This document shows, in pieces, positions 26,887-36,979 of a DNA stretch of 64,000 nt. The DNA is taken from positions 64,001 to 128,000 of IMG/VR virus record IMGVR_UViG_3300024331_000152. One strand, 5' to 3'. The DNA is from a virus (taxonomy: Duplodnaviria > Caudoviricetes). The notes under the pieces are model-generated. The model searched no databases, was not told the origin of the DNA, and saw nothing but the letters and a program-made list of their open reading frames with translations. Numbering within the stretch: the stretch's first letter is position 1; the number at the start of each line of letters is the position of its first letter. Made by a program: the position numbers and the translations under genes.

Positions 26887-27252
26887 ATGCAGATAGAAAT
26901 TCTAAACTCATTAACAGGCGACGACAAAGAAGAGATCGACACTTCACAAGCGGAGGGCCGCGCGCAGGCCGCAAAGCTTGTGCATGAGCTGATCCGCTCT
27001 GGGTCCGCCGTCTTCCTTGAAAAGAAAATTGGCGAGCAAACCTACACTTACAGGGTCACGAATTATAGCCCTGACACCAACAAGTTGACGATTCGCCTCG
27101 ACAATCAGGTCGAAGATTCAGACATCGAGCACGAGCCGCACAAGAAGAATTCTGGCCGCAAGGGTCGTCCTCTCGGTCCGTACCGGACACGCGGCTACGT
27201 GAGTCCAGAGACTGGACGTACGGTTGCGGTTGCTCCACGGTCAGGTGGTTAG
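26887..27252 (+). CDS. Small protein ending in Gly-Gly
   Basis: C-terminus APRSGG. Confidence 0.65.
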   Translation: MQIEILNSLTGDDKEEIDTSQAEGRAQAAKLVHELIRSGSAVFLEKKIGEQTYTYRVTNYSPDTNKLTIRLDNQVEDSDIEHEPHKKNSGRKGRPLGPYRTRGYVSPETGRTVAVAPRSGG

Positions 27253-27254
27253 CA

Positions 27255-28013
27255 ATGGCCACACAGCAAGAAATGCCTACATGGGAGCAGCTCCGCGCGA
27301 ACATTCACGCGCTCGCTAAGGAGCGGGGCTGGCATCATGGTGTTCCGATCATGAGCGCCACTGATCCAACGCGAAAGGTTGTGCTGGCAAAGGGATGCCC
27401 ATTGTCAGACGTGCACGGTCACGGCAAACCAGTCTCGATCAACGCTCCTCCGGGATCTTTCGTCTGCAATCACGAAGACATCAGTGAGACCGACTACAAA
27501 GAAACTGTCAGCTCGTGGTTGATGCCTGCACGGGGTGTTGAGATCTACAAGCGCGGCACGAAGTATTATGCCGAGAAGTACAATCTCAGCAAGTGGCGCT
27601 TGGATATCTTCATTAAGTCGATGATGTGCGGAGCTGGAGCCGTAGATGCAGAAGCGGAATTCCGCGCCATGATTTCACTCTTCAAGCGCATCAATCAAAA
27701 CCAGCGCGATGCGTACATGATCACGGGAGCGTTTCCTGAGTCGAGTCCAAAATCTGGTGTGACGTACATCCTTCGCAAGGGCCTGCCTACGATTGCGATA
27801 AAATGCACGCCGCGACCGGAAGGCGGCGAGAATCAGAAGTTCCTCGCGGCGCTATGCATTCATCCCCTTGGCTGGTACCACGGAACACATGTTGGCGTGT
27901 GTCCTCCATCCGACGAAGTCCTCGGAGTCTTGCTCCAGATCCGGGCCGATGAACACGGCCTCTGGAAGCGGGCTCACCATCTCCCAATAGATGATCCAAT
28001 GGCGGGAATATGA
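27255..28013 (+). CDS. Hypothetical protein with CIHP motif
   Basis: LCIHP...SDEVLGVLLQIRADEHGLWKRAH, similar to the C-terminus of 25840..26388. Confidence 0.7.
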   Translation: MATQQEMPTWEQLRANIHALAKERGWHHGVPIMSATDPTRKVVLAKGCPLSDVHGHGKPVSINAPPGSFVCNHEDISETDYKETVSSWLMPARGVEIYKRGTKYYAEKYNLSKWRLDIFIKSMMCGAGAVDAEAEFRAMISLFKRINQNQRDAYMITGAFPESSPKSGVTYILRKGLPTIAIKCTPRPEGGENQKFLAALCIHPLGWYHGTHVGVCPPSDEVLGVLLQIRADEHGLWKRAHHLPIDDPMAGI

Positions 28014-28037
28014 AACCAGACAAACCGTGGCATCCGA

Positions 28038-28922
28038 TTGCGGAGCCACTCCGTCCTGAATTTCTTGCATGGCGAGAAGCAGAACAAGGCATCGAGGTTC
28101 TCGCCTATAACTACGCACTCTGGCAGACAGCCGATCCGGTGTGGAGTCAGTTCTATATCGAACGCGCTCCGTCGCTATCGGCGGTTTCGGGGGCAATATG
28201 AGCGGAGTCAACAACTTCGATGTACTCAAGAAGATGTCGGCGGACAACCTCGACATTCGTTTAGGCACGGACGTTCTGGAGCTGAAGAAGGTAAAGTCCG
28301 GAACCAAAGTCACCATGGGCGCGCCGGGGGATGTCGTAACCGGAGTCTTTACAGGAGAGCTTGTAGCGTGTTTGCTAATCTTCAACAAGAAGCAGTTCGA
28401 CGAGACGAAGAAGGCGCTGGAATCAACGACCACAATCCCCGGGTAGACTTTAATCTCCTGCCGCCCGAGATCCGGGATCGAGTAGACCGCGTCCGCAACC
28501 GGCTGAATCGCTCAATCGGTCGCATCCCGTTCGATCCGATCCTCTACGACACTATGAAGCCGGGTGTTGTCGTCGATGCGCCTCGACGCTGCGGTAAGAC
28601 AGAAGCGATCTTATGGATGGTCGATCAGTACCATGGCGGCAACGCGATTATCATCGCGATGAATGACATAAATATTTGCGATATGCGCTATCGGTATCGT
28701 ACGAGCAACTATCGCGGCGAGCCGAAATTCATCGCCCCAGCGTTGCTGGGCTTTCTCGACGGCCACAGTATGCCAGTCTTTTGTGACGAGTTCTTTCTGC
28801 ACGATGAGCGTGTCCAGAACGAGATCTCCCGGTACAGCCAATCCAACAGAAATGTTATCGCGGTTGGCTCCTCGCACTCTCAACATCCAGACTATCCGAC
28901 CTTCCAATGCATGCCTCTTTAG
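28038..28922 (+). CDS. Small P-loop NTPase-like protein (real start probably after ~28400)
   Basis: VVVDAPRRCGKTE Walker A-like and FCDEF Walker B-like motifs. Confidence 0.5.
   Translation: MRSHSVLNFLHGEKQNKASRFSPITTHSGRQPIRCGVSSISNALRRYRRFRGQYERSQQLRCTQEDVGGQPRHSFRHGRSGAEEGKVRNQSHHGRAGGCRNRSLYRRACSVFANLQQEAVRRDEEGAGINDHNPRVDFNLLPPEIRDRVDRVRNRLNRSIGRIPFDPILYDTMKPGVVVDAPRRCGKTEAILWMVDQYHGGNAIIIAMNDINICDMRYRYRTSNYRGEPKFIAPALLGFLDGHSMPVFCDEFFLHDERVQNEISRYSQSNRNVIAVGSSHSQHPDYPTFQCMPL
28198..28446 (+). CDS. Small hypothetical protein
   Basis: 3' part of ORF 28141..28446. Confidence 0.55.
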   Translation: MSGVNNFDVLKKMSADNLDIRLGTDVLELKKVKSGTKVTMGAPGDVVTGVFTGELVACLLIFNKKQFDETKKALESTTTIPG

Positions 28923-29524
28923 CTGGTCTCTCCCGGGAAGAATACGGCCAGTACATCCGTGTGCGCCGCCGTCTCGAAGCGTCTGTCGGCAGGCTTCCTT
29001 ACCCGGAAGAATGGGACAAGATCGTGCACTCAACCTGCCCGATGGCCCTCCATACATCGAACCCAAAATGCCTTGAATTCCTGATCTGGAGAGCAGGCGA
29101 ATTTTACGATCCAATCATCGTTTCCTCGACAGATCCTGACTCGCATCGGCTCCGCGAAAAGTTTGAAAAACAGTTCTCAGACGCGACGATTTTTTGCTCA
29201 GCTCAGGCAATATGCGAACAGTCAAACTTTGCGCCGCCAGAACAGAAGTACTTTTGCTTCGGCTGGTGGCGCTTCGAAGAGAGCAAAAAAAGGATAATTT
29301 CAGCCTCAAAACGACTTTGGCTCGGAGTCGGCCATTCTCCAGATATGGGACAAGGCGACGCGGCCTTCCAGTTGTGACTTAAATTACCGAAAAATAAATC
29401 ACTTGACTTCTTGTCACGACATACTGTCAGGAATAAGCAAAACAGCCAAAAATGGTCGAAAGCGCGCAGCCTTAGCGCAGGTATTCTGCGGACGCACACC
29501 CTTGTTTGCCCTATAAACAGGCAC

Positions 29525-29549
29525 AAAAAAGCCCCGCTCTAGGCGGGGC
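29525..29549 (-). terminator. Intrinsic terminator of the minus-strand operon
   Basis: GCCCCGC-N4-GCGGGGC followed by a T6 tract on the minus strand. Confidence 0.75.
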
Positions 29550-29575
29550 GATTTGGTCTTCAAAGTGCCTGAGAT

Positions 29576-30259
29576 TTAGGCGGTAATTCTGCGCCGCTTT
29601 TCGCGGCTCAGGATCTTAGCTACGGTGCCCGGATGCCAGATGCCTCCGAAGCGTGTGGGAATGTTCTGTAGGTTGAGCCAATTTGCGATGTAGCGGGTCC
29701 GGCAATTCTTCTCGTGCATGGCGATCATTGTCTCGACGACGGCCTTCTCGGAAGCGTTGTCTTCCCCGTAGAAACGCTGTCCTTCGCCCTTTCCGGTTCT
29801 GGCTTTCTTCCGGGCTCTGGCATCCCGGAGTTTGAGGACGATCACGCAGCGGTCAAACTCGCTGACTGCCGCCAAGATCTGGCGGATGAGTTTGGCGGTT
29901 GGGTTGGCGTCGGAGCCCTCGGTCAGGTCGATCCCGGCCCCGGCTGCGATTACCTTGACTCCGATCTTCTGAAACTCCCGGATGATCACCTCGGCAACGA
30001 TCATGTCGCGGGCGAGACGGTCCGAGGACTCACAGAGAACGATCCCGATCTGGTGATCCCGGACGTACTCGATGCAGGCGGAAAGGCCGGACCGTCCCTC
30101 CAGCTCCATCTTGCCGGTGACGCCTTCGTCGCGAAACTCCTCGACGATGTCCAGACTCTGGACTTTGGCGTAACGCGCGCAGGCGTCGCGTTGCCGGGGG
30201 AATCCTTCTCCGGAGATCTGACCTTCTCCAGAGACGCGTAGGTATGTGACGGCCCTCAT
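29576..30259 (-). CDS. Serine recombinase (resolvase/invertase family)
   Basis: YLRVS catalytic motif, DEGVTG, DRLARD, C-terminal HTH-like region. Confidence 0.9.
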   Translation of the reverse strand: MRAVTYLRVSGEGQISGEGFPRQRDACARYAKVQSLDIVEEFRDEGVTGKMELEGRSGLSACIEYVRDHQIGIVLCESSDRLARDMIVAEVIIREFQKIGVKVIAAGAGIDLTEGSDANPTAKLIRQILAAVSEFDRCVIVLKLRDARARKKARTGKGEGQRFYGEDNASEKAVVETMIAMHEKNCRTRYIANWLNLQNIPTRFGGIWHPGTVAKILSREKRRRITA

Positions 30260-31392
30260 ATGTGACAATCCACAACGCTGAGAAGCGTATTGTCAGGAAG
30301 AGAGTCGAGGAGCTTCGCGAATTCGTCATCCCAAAGGTCCTCATCCTTCTCGTCGTGTACGGCTCCCCACCACCCCATCCGGCCCTTGCTGTACCACTGG
30401 CTTTCGTGGACGATGGCGAAGGTACGGAAGGCACGTTTAGCAGCACGGTCGAGATAGACTTCGCGATCACATAGAAACTCATCAGCTTCGATCCAGATAG
30501 TTTCCTCGTTGGAGCGAAGAGCTTTTGGGCCAGCCTGTTCCCAGTAGAAATCGCGAGCCTTCTCAATGTCGTCGCTAAACTTCTCGCGCGTCTTCTCCCA
30601 ACTCAACCAGAGAGGAAGATCCTTGACGATACCGTGGACAAGGTCATATTTCGCAGCGGCCTCGTCGCGGGCTTCGGCGCGCATACCGTCGAAGTCGATA
30701 TCATGCTTGATCGCTTGATCTGCGCGGTCGCCCTTCGGTGCCTCGTAATCTTTGTCCATTGTCTGGATTCCGGGCTTTCCGAGTAGCCCTAGACCGTTGG
30801 TTTTGATCTTGAAGAATCCATTCCAACGTCCGCCGATCTGATACCAGTCCCACTTCGCGTTAGGGTTTGTGCGGTCAACAGTCTTCACAACATTGCCGTC
30901 TTTGTCTACCACGGTGTAGCCGTACTTATGTTTCCCAGCAAGATCCGGATTGGTTCCCTCGACGATAGACTGGCGGCTGTGCCAATATTCGATGAATTCG
31001 GCGAATGACTTTGCCTCGATCCCCTTCAGCCGAACTTCCTTCCAGCCGTCTGGCATGAAGTGAATCTTGGTTCTATAGCCGCGCCCATCTTCCCAGTCCT
31101 TGCTTGTCCAGCTCAGACCGTTGCCTCCCCCAGTTCCCGCGATAGGCCCGATCTTCTTCGATTCCTCAGGCGTTGGCTCGCGATAGAAGCGGTCCTCGTA
31201 TGGGTCGTGCAGGTTGCCTTCTGGGTCCATATAGCGTGGCTCGGTGTGCTCTTCGTATTCCTTCCGAGTCGTCTCTGTTTGATCGATCTCCTGAACGTAC
31301 TGGTTATCCTCACCAGTGCATTCAAACTCGTGGTATGGAGCAAGCTGTTCCTCCACGTTGTCGCCAATTACTAAAACTGTGAAATGGCTCAT
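30256..31392 (-). CDS. Conserved phage hypothetical protein
   Basis: MSHFTVLVIG...NPNAKWDWYQIGGRW...LSVVDCHI. Confidence 0.85.
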   Translation of the reverse strand: MSHFTVLVIGDNVEEQLAPYHEFECTGEDNQYVQEIDQTETTRKEYEEHTEPRYMDPEGNLHDPYEDRFYREPTPEESKKIGPIAGTGGGNGLSWTSKDWEDGRGYRTKIHFMPDGWKEVRLKGIEAKSFAEFIEYWHSRQSIVEGTNPDLAGKHKYGYTVVDKDGNVVKTVDRTNPNAKWDWYQIGGRWNGFFKIKTNGLGLLGKPGIQTMDKDYEAPKGDRADQAIKHDIDFDGMRAEARDEAAAKYDLVHGIVKDLPLWLSWEKTREKFSDDIEKARDFYWEQAGPKALRSNEETIWIEADEFLCDREVYLDRAAKRAFRTFAIVHESQWYSKGRMGWWGAVHDEKDEDLWDDEFAKLLDSLPDNTLLSVVDCHI

Positions 31393-31409
31393 AGATTTCC
31401 TCCAAGGAT

Positions 31410-31631
31410 TTACTTCGCTTTGTATCGTTTCTCGGACAGGTTGTACTCTGCTTTGCCCGGGTAGAGTTTCTGAAAGTCGTTGAGGTCTTTGCTGGCTTGC
31501 GGTGTTGAGAGGCCGAACTTGCGTTCGATGTGCTCGCGGTTGATGTAGCCGAAAATCCGCAAAGTCTCTGCGATCCAGTCCATGCGGTGTTGTCGGAACC
31601 AGTTAAGCTCTGCCATCTTCGTGCCCCACAA
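31410..31631 (-). CDS. Small HTH-like protein
   Basis: INREHIERKFGLSTPQASKDL. Confidence 0.6.
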   Translation of the reverse strand: MWGTKMAELNWFRQHRMDWIAETLRIFGYINREHIERKFGLSTPQASKDLNDFQKLYPGKAEYNLSEKRYKAK

Positions 31632-32565
31632 TCTCTTTGCACTGCCAGCAGATCACTGCGCAGTACGGTTTACGGAACAGCTTGCGCCACCAGCTATGCA
31701 CTATGCCGCGCAGGAAAGGTTCGAACGGTTCATGACCACAGTTCGGACAGCGGTCGAACGGGGCCGGTTTGTCTTTGAGACGAGCGAATTCAATGGGCAT
31801 CAGTCTGCTCCAAGAAGCGATTAAGCTTCTCCATCTTGCGGTCGATCTCCAGAATCTCAGCAGTCTTGAATGATGGGCTATGGAGTTTTCCAATCTCCAC
31901 CATCAGCTCAGCCTCTAATGTGTTGAGGTAGCCGCGTACGCGGGAGCGAAGAGCGGTCAAGTCTGACTGACCTTTGGCGAGGTGCATTGCACAGGACGGC
32001 AGGATACGAAGTGCTTTCTCGAATGTCATGACGTTCCTTTCGGTTGCGGAATCCATGCGGTCCCGAACAGTTCTTTGATCTTCGACCACGCCAGCTTCGC
32101 GCTCTTACGTTCACCATCGATGTTTGTAGCGATGACGTAAAGAAAAAAAGTGAAGCACCATGTTTTTAGATCAACCGCGATTTCAAAAATATTATTCTGG
32201 CCGTTTGCAGTAATTAACACTGCCGTTACGGCAGCAAGAATAGACATACACAAAAATATGTAACGCGTGCCTACTGCAAGAATGGTGTGCTCGTTGACAG
32301 TGCGAACTACAAGAGGCTGTCTGTGCCAGCGCCACATTTGCAAAGATCAGCACAACGCAGAGAAATAATTCCAGCGACGGTGATGCTGGATACACAGCAT
32401 ATTTTGTTTTCAACAGCAATGAGATCCACATGATAAAGCTGGACAAGCTGTAGATAATAATCAATCCTCGCTCGATAAGTCGCTGTGAAATGCCCAGCCA
32501 TTCGAGTAAAAATTCAAGGATTAACTGCACCTGCGAAATCAGCCAGTTATCTAAATCAAAACTCT

Positions 32566-32838
32566 TCATTGTCCACCTCCAAGGCTGATCCTGCGGATCG
32601 TCTGAAACGGTATGAATGCCTGCGGATCGTCTTGGTGTAAGCTCCGCTCGATCCGGTAGCAGCGCTCACATACAGACATGCCGCCCCAGTCTCCAGTGTG
32701 GCCGTCAGGGACAACCTCGTCCTCGTAGCGAGCCACACCATACGTTTTCGTTGAGCGCGGCTGCTCGACATGAACGTCACAGATGCCGCAGTCAAAGATA
32801 AAGGCGCTGAGGTCGATGACTGTAATGCGAGGGCTCAT
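32566..32838 (-). CDS. Small Zn-binding hypothetical protein
   Basis: CGIC...VCERC. Confidence 0.5.
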   Translation of the reverse strand: MSPRITVIDLSAFIFDCGICDVHVEQPRSTKTYGVARYEDEVVPDGHTGDWGGMSVCERCYRIERSLHQDDPQAFIPFQTIRRISLGGGQ

Positions 32839-33236
32839 GGTAAGCCCTGCTTCATTTTCGCCACCGATACCGCAAGAGTTGCGAGCAGGTTTTCATGTCC
32901 ACCGCCTTCTCGTACGTGTACGCAATACGCAGGCGGGATTGTGTCGATCACTCCTGCCACTTCACGATTAATACGGTGAATGTCTTGCTGAAGTCGGTCG
33001 GCCCGATTCGTCTCACGCGTTTTGATTTGCCATGCCTCAAGCGCTGAGTCGTTGTGCAGATCGACGATCTGTTTGGTCTCGGTGGCGATAGAGCGAAGAC
33101 GCTCTATGCGACTCTGTGCAACCGCCTGCTCTGACATCCCTGCACAGCAGGCACAATCCCCATCGCCGTCATCGTCGAGACCAGCATAGCAACGGGGGCA
33201 AAGGAGCGGTATAGCGAGAAGCTCAATAAGTGTCAT
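32835..33236 (-). CDS. Hypothetical protein
   Basis: ATGA overlaps with its neighbours. Confidence 0.55.
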   Translation of the reverse strand: MTLIELLAIPLLCPRCYAGLDDDGDGDCACCAGMSEQAVAQSRIERLRSIATETKQIVDLHNDSALEAWQIKTRETNRADRLQQDIHRINREVAGVIDTIPPAYCVHVREGGGHENLLATLAVSVAKMKQGLP

Positions 33237-34330
33237 GCAGCCTCCACATCGTCGTCTATGATCAGCTCCGGCATAGCAAACGGACGTAGGCGTCTTGTCC
33301 GTTTGCCGCTGTTCAGATGGTTAACGATCAGTTGAGTCAGCACGTTGGTGCTCGCGCCGGTAGACGCTGCAAGAGCCGCGATGTGCGGGTCCTGTAGCGG
33401 GAAGGACTTCAGCTTGGCGCGCAGCTCCTTCGGGATCTTCATTTCGGAGTCTGTCCAGAAGTCTTCGTGCGTGGCAATCACTTTTGCTAAAGCGGTCAAA
33501 AAGCCGCCCTTCAGCGCCGGTCCGCCATCGCGATAGACGATGTCCTTGATGGAATATGCGTCCTCCATCATCATCCAGAATTCGCGCAGGTTGTTCATGA
33601 TCACGGTACGTCCGTACTTCTCGATAACCTTATCGAGGCCGAACATCATGGCTTCGTGTGAGCGCTGGTTGTGTGCCATGCCGAGATGACGATGAAGCAT
33701 AGAGCAGATCTTGACCAACGTCATGGCCGAGATCAGCTCATCTCGCTTCATGCGCTGTTGCCAGCACACACGCTTGTAGAGAATAAACTGGCTGGACGAG
33801 CACAGTTGGAACAAGGCGCTGACAGCGGTTGAATCGTGACGTCCATTGCGGAGCAGTACGTTCGGACTCAGCTTGACGCGCGTCACATTGAGAGCACGAA
33901 ACCGCTTGCGCTCCATGTCTTCGGTCGTGTTGAAGTAGAGGGCAGCGCCAAGGTGCGGCACGATTCCCTTCGCCATCAAGCGGCGAGCTGCTGTGGTGCG
34001 TTGCAAACCGTCGATAATGTACACGTCGTCCTGCACAAAGTAGTTGCCGTTCTCGCGCGTGATGTAGTTGCCGCCCCGGCATCCAAGCTGGATGTCAGGC
34101 ACGCCGCCTGCTTGCAAGGCTGTCATCAGGGAATTGATCTTCCCGTTCGGCAGGATCTCGCGCTGATAATCTGCAACTTTGAGAATCGGCAGGCTGGACG
34201 GATCGATGACTCCACGGAGTATGATCTCGTTCTCCTGTTCATCTAGAGCTGCATTGGTAAGTTTTACTGAGGAACGTTTCCATGGTTCCCTCCAAGGTTG
34301 AATTTGATTACTCGTCGTACGACCGTACAC
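33233..34330 (-). CDS. ParB/Srx-superfamily (DGQHR-like) protein; 5' end apparently frameshifted
   Basis: VADYQRE...YIIDGLQRT motif; SD-linked ATG at 34283 is out of frame. Confidence 0.7.
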   Translation of the reverse strand: MYGRTTSNQIQPWREPWKRSSVKLTNAALDEQENEIILRGVIDPSSLPILKVADYQREILPNGKINSLMTALQAGGVPDIQLGCRGGNYITRENGNYFVQDDVYIIDGLQRTTAARRLMAKGIVPHLGAALYFNTTEDMERKRFRALNVTRVKLSPNVLLRNGRHDSTAVSALFQLCSSSQFILYKRVCWQQRMKRDELISAMTLVKICSMLHRHLGMAHNQRSHEAMMFGLDKVIEKYGRTVIMNNLREFWMMMEDAYSIKDIVYRDGGPALKGGFLTALAKVIATHEDFWTDSEMKIPKELRAKLKSFPLQDPHIAALAASTGASTNVLTQLIVNHLNSGKRTRRLRPFAMPELIIDDDVEAA

Positions 34331-34565
34331 GCTTCGGTTTTGGCAGCGTCGCTGACTTCTTCACGGCTTTCTTTGGCTGCTCAGAAAGATGTGGGTTCTC
34401 TTTTGGGTTAAGGTTCCATGAGTAACGCTTACACCGCGAACACCTCTTAGGTGGCTCTAGTTTATTGCCGCCCTCGTCGGTCGTCTCAGCGTCCCAAGTT
34501 TTTTGACAGTCTAACCACTCGCATGTACACCGGTACACCTTCTTGTTTACGACTTGCACACTCAT
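34308..34565 (-). CDS. Small Zn-ribbon protein
   Basis: CTCEWLDC..W...PKRCSRCKRYSW. Confidence 0.65.
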   Translation of the reverse strand: MSVQVVNKKVYRCTCEWLDCQKTWDAETTDEGGNKLEPPKRCSRCKRYSWNLNPKENPHLSEQPKKAVKKSATLPKPKRVRSYDE

Positions 34566-35114
34566 TCAGATCCTCCCCGTATTGGCAAATTCGCCATGAA
34601 GAACATTGGCGGCTGCGCTGTAGGCAGCCGCAGCTTCTTCCTTAGTAGGAAAGCTACCAAGGTTTTTACACTTTTTATCGAACGTGATTTGAGCAACCCA
34701 CTGGCCAGTATCGCCGCGCTGGTACACGCCCTTATATCCGCTCGTATTGGCGCTGGAGATACCACGATTGCACATATTTTGACTGTACGTGGCAACTCGG
34801 ATATTCTTGCGGCGGTTATCTAATCCGTTGCCGTTTATATGGTCAACCCAAACCTTGTTAGTTTTTGTCAGTCCAAGTAGATGCCGATGCATGTAGTGCG
34901 CGGTATTTTTTCCCTTATGCGAGTTAACACGCATCGCGTACCATTGATTGTTCTTTGCTCCCAAGCGCGCGCTCCAGAGCCAACGAACAAGCGGTCTATA
35001 ATCATCGTCGTTGACGATTGCGTACATCCCGCGTGTAAGCGGAATCAGCTTGCAATACACGCCATCCATTTTGAATGGCTTTGCGTCATCGAAGCGGCGT
35101 CTCCAGACGATCAT
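34566..35114 (-). CDS. HNH-AP2 homing endonuclease
   Basis: YMHR...VDHINGNGLDNRRKNIR...SGYKGV...LHGEFA. Confidence 0.88.
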   Translation of the reverse strand: MIVWRRRFDDAKPFKMDGVYCKLIPLTRGMYAIVNDDDYRPLVRWLWSARLGAKNNQWYAMRVNSHKGKNTAHYMHRHLLGLTKTNKVWVDHINGNGLDNRRKNIRVATYSQNMCNRGISSANTSGYKGVYQRGDTGQWVAQITFDKKCKNLGSFPTKEEAAAAYSAAANVLHGEFANTGRI

Positions 35115-35698
35115 GTCAATGTTAAGACTTGGCAAGTAGGATTCCTTTCTCAGTCGTGGAAGATGATGAGTACGAGGGCGGCGATGATTGCCATGGCGAT
35201 GAGAAGGCGGTCGCGCAATTGCATCACGATCTCCCCTCTGCCTTGGCGAGTGCTGCATCCGCCAACTTCTGCGCGATACAGTTTGGGTCTTTACATGACC
35301 GATCTAAGCAGGTACTGTTCCACGCATTCGACTGTTCACGTAGTTTTCTCAGTGCTTTATACATCTCAGGAGCAGCTAGAAAGAGGTTCGCGTTGACGCG
35401 CTCCTCTTCACCGAGTCCGCCAATCGTTACGGCGATGCCGCCCGGGGCTTCCTTCGCGCGGATCACGAATTTACCTAAGACACCGCCCATCGGCTGAGCG
35501 AGTTCAACTAGTTCCCAAGGTGTTGCTGTGTGATTAATCATCATGCCTCCGATTCGTGTAGGTGCCCGTGCAGCTTCATCTGCGCGCGGCAGCGCCGACA
35601 CGACACCTTGGTTTTGTCTACGGTCAGCTTATCGCTGTGTGTTCCGCAGAACGCCTTCATCCCACCGATCTTCGGAATCCATACCCAGTGCGTTACCT

Positions 35699-36067
35699 TC
35701 ATCGGATTCTTACCACCTCCACACCGTCTTTGGTTCCCAGAAAGCCTATCGACTTGTCGCCGATCTTGAGAGATTCCAGTTCTGGTTGTCCCAGATCTGG
35801 AATAAAGCCACTCAGCATCTCCAGCGTCGATTCGATATTCCAACTGTTAGGTCGGAAGTACTTCGTCATCGATGTCTTCCGAACGACGTTGCGCTCTGCT
35901 TTGTGGCCTGCAACCTTGCGCATGGTGTGCTTGTCGTCCTCCTGTTTACGCTTGCGCTCGTTCATCTCGGCCACTTGCGCAGTAAGCTCTCGCAGGAAGA
36001 ATGCGATATCGCCAAGGTGCTCATCCTGCGGGCCGATCTTTGTTTCGCGAATCTCCTGTGAGTTCAT
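35699..36067 (-). CDS. Hypothetical protein
   Basis: SD GAGG; packed in the operon. Confidence 0.55.
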   Translation of the reverse strand: MNSQEIRETKIGPQDEHLGDIAFFLRELTAQVAEMNERKRKQEDDKHTMRKVAGHKAERNVVRKTSMTKYFRPNSWNIESTLEMLSGFIPDLGQPELESLKIGDKSIGFLGTKDGVEVVRIR

Positions 36068-36531
36068 TTACCACCTCGCTTCCCGCCAAGCTTGCGATGG
36101 AGCTTGGCAGCGTTCTGAATCTTCTGTGCTGTGCGTACTTCGTGCTCGTTGACATCTTGCGGCGACATCTGACCAGAAGCCATCTGGTACAAAACATCGC
36201 GACCATCTTGTAAGCCGCCAAGGTAGGCCATTTCCGAGAAGCGCGCCGTCCGGTCGAAAAGTGCACGAATCACTTCAAGTAGACGTTTCGGAATCTTGGC
36301 ATATGGAGAGCGATAGCCACCACTTCCTTGGCTTGTTGGATATTCGAGAAACCTGTCGCCTTTTTCGTTGCGTATTTGCGGAACGATGTAGACGTGTGTA
36401 ATATCCGGCTCGTATCCCTCGACAGGATCAAGAATGTCAGACGAGCACAGCTCAGCAAGCTCCTTGAAAAGCTTGGCAAGTTCATCACGAGTTTGGTTGA
36501 GCCCGTTAATTCCAATGGCAGTGACCGCCAA
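36064..36531 (-). CDS. Hypothetical protein
   Basis: 155-aa ORF in the minus-strand operon. Confidence 0.55.
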   Translation of the reverse strand: MAVTAIGINGLNQTRDELAKLFKELAELCSSDILDPVEGYEPDITHVYIVPQIRNEKGDRFLEYPTSQGSGGYRSPYAKIPKRLLEVIRALFDRTARFSEMAYLGGLQDGRDVLYQMASGQMSPQDVNEHEVRTAQKIQNAAKLHRKLGGKRGGK

Positions 36532-36979
36532 AGTAGAACATGGGTTGCCAGTGATATGTCTCAGAGAGCCGTACAGTTTCCATCTCCGGCATCGTCTTTA
36601 CTTTGGCCACGTATTCTTTCCAGCTCTTAATGGCTCGCGCGCAGTCGTCACATACCTTGTCGGCTGCGCGATATCTGTGAACCTCTCCACAGCCGGGGCA
36701 CGGCTTTGTTGTTCTGCTCATAGATATTTTCCTCGCTTGGGACAGTCCAGACCGTGAAACCGTTTAGGTAAGTTTTGGCCAGATGTGCATGCATCACAGC
36801 TTATTGGTTTCTGTTTCTACTGCGTGTATGACAGCGCTATCCCTAGAGAGAGCGAAGACTTCATTAGCGGACAGTCGAAGCCCTTTACCTTCTCTGGCGG
36901 CTCTGAGAACGCGTATGTAAATCGCAACGACATCCATATTTTCTCCCGGGTTCCAGATTCTGGACTGCGGGGGGGAGCC

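Noticed and set aside
28038-28922. Terminase large subunit
   Set aside because: Only a short P-loop region; no nuclease domain or packaging genes nearby
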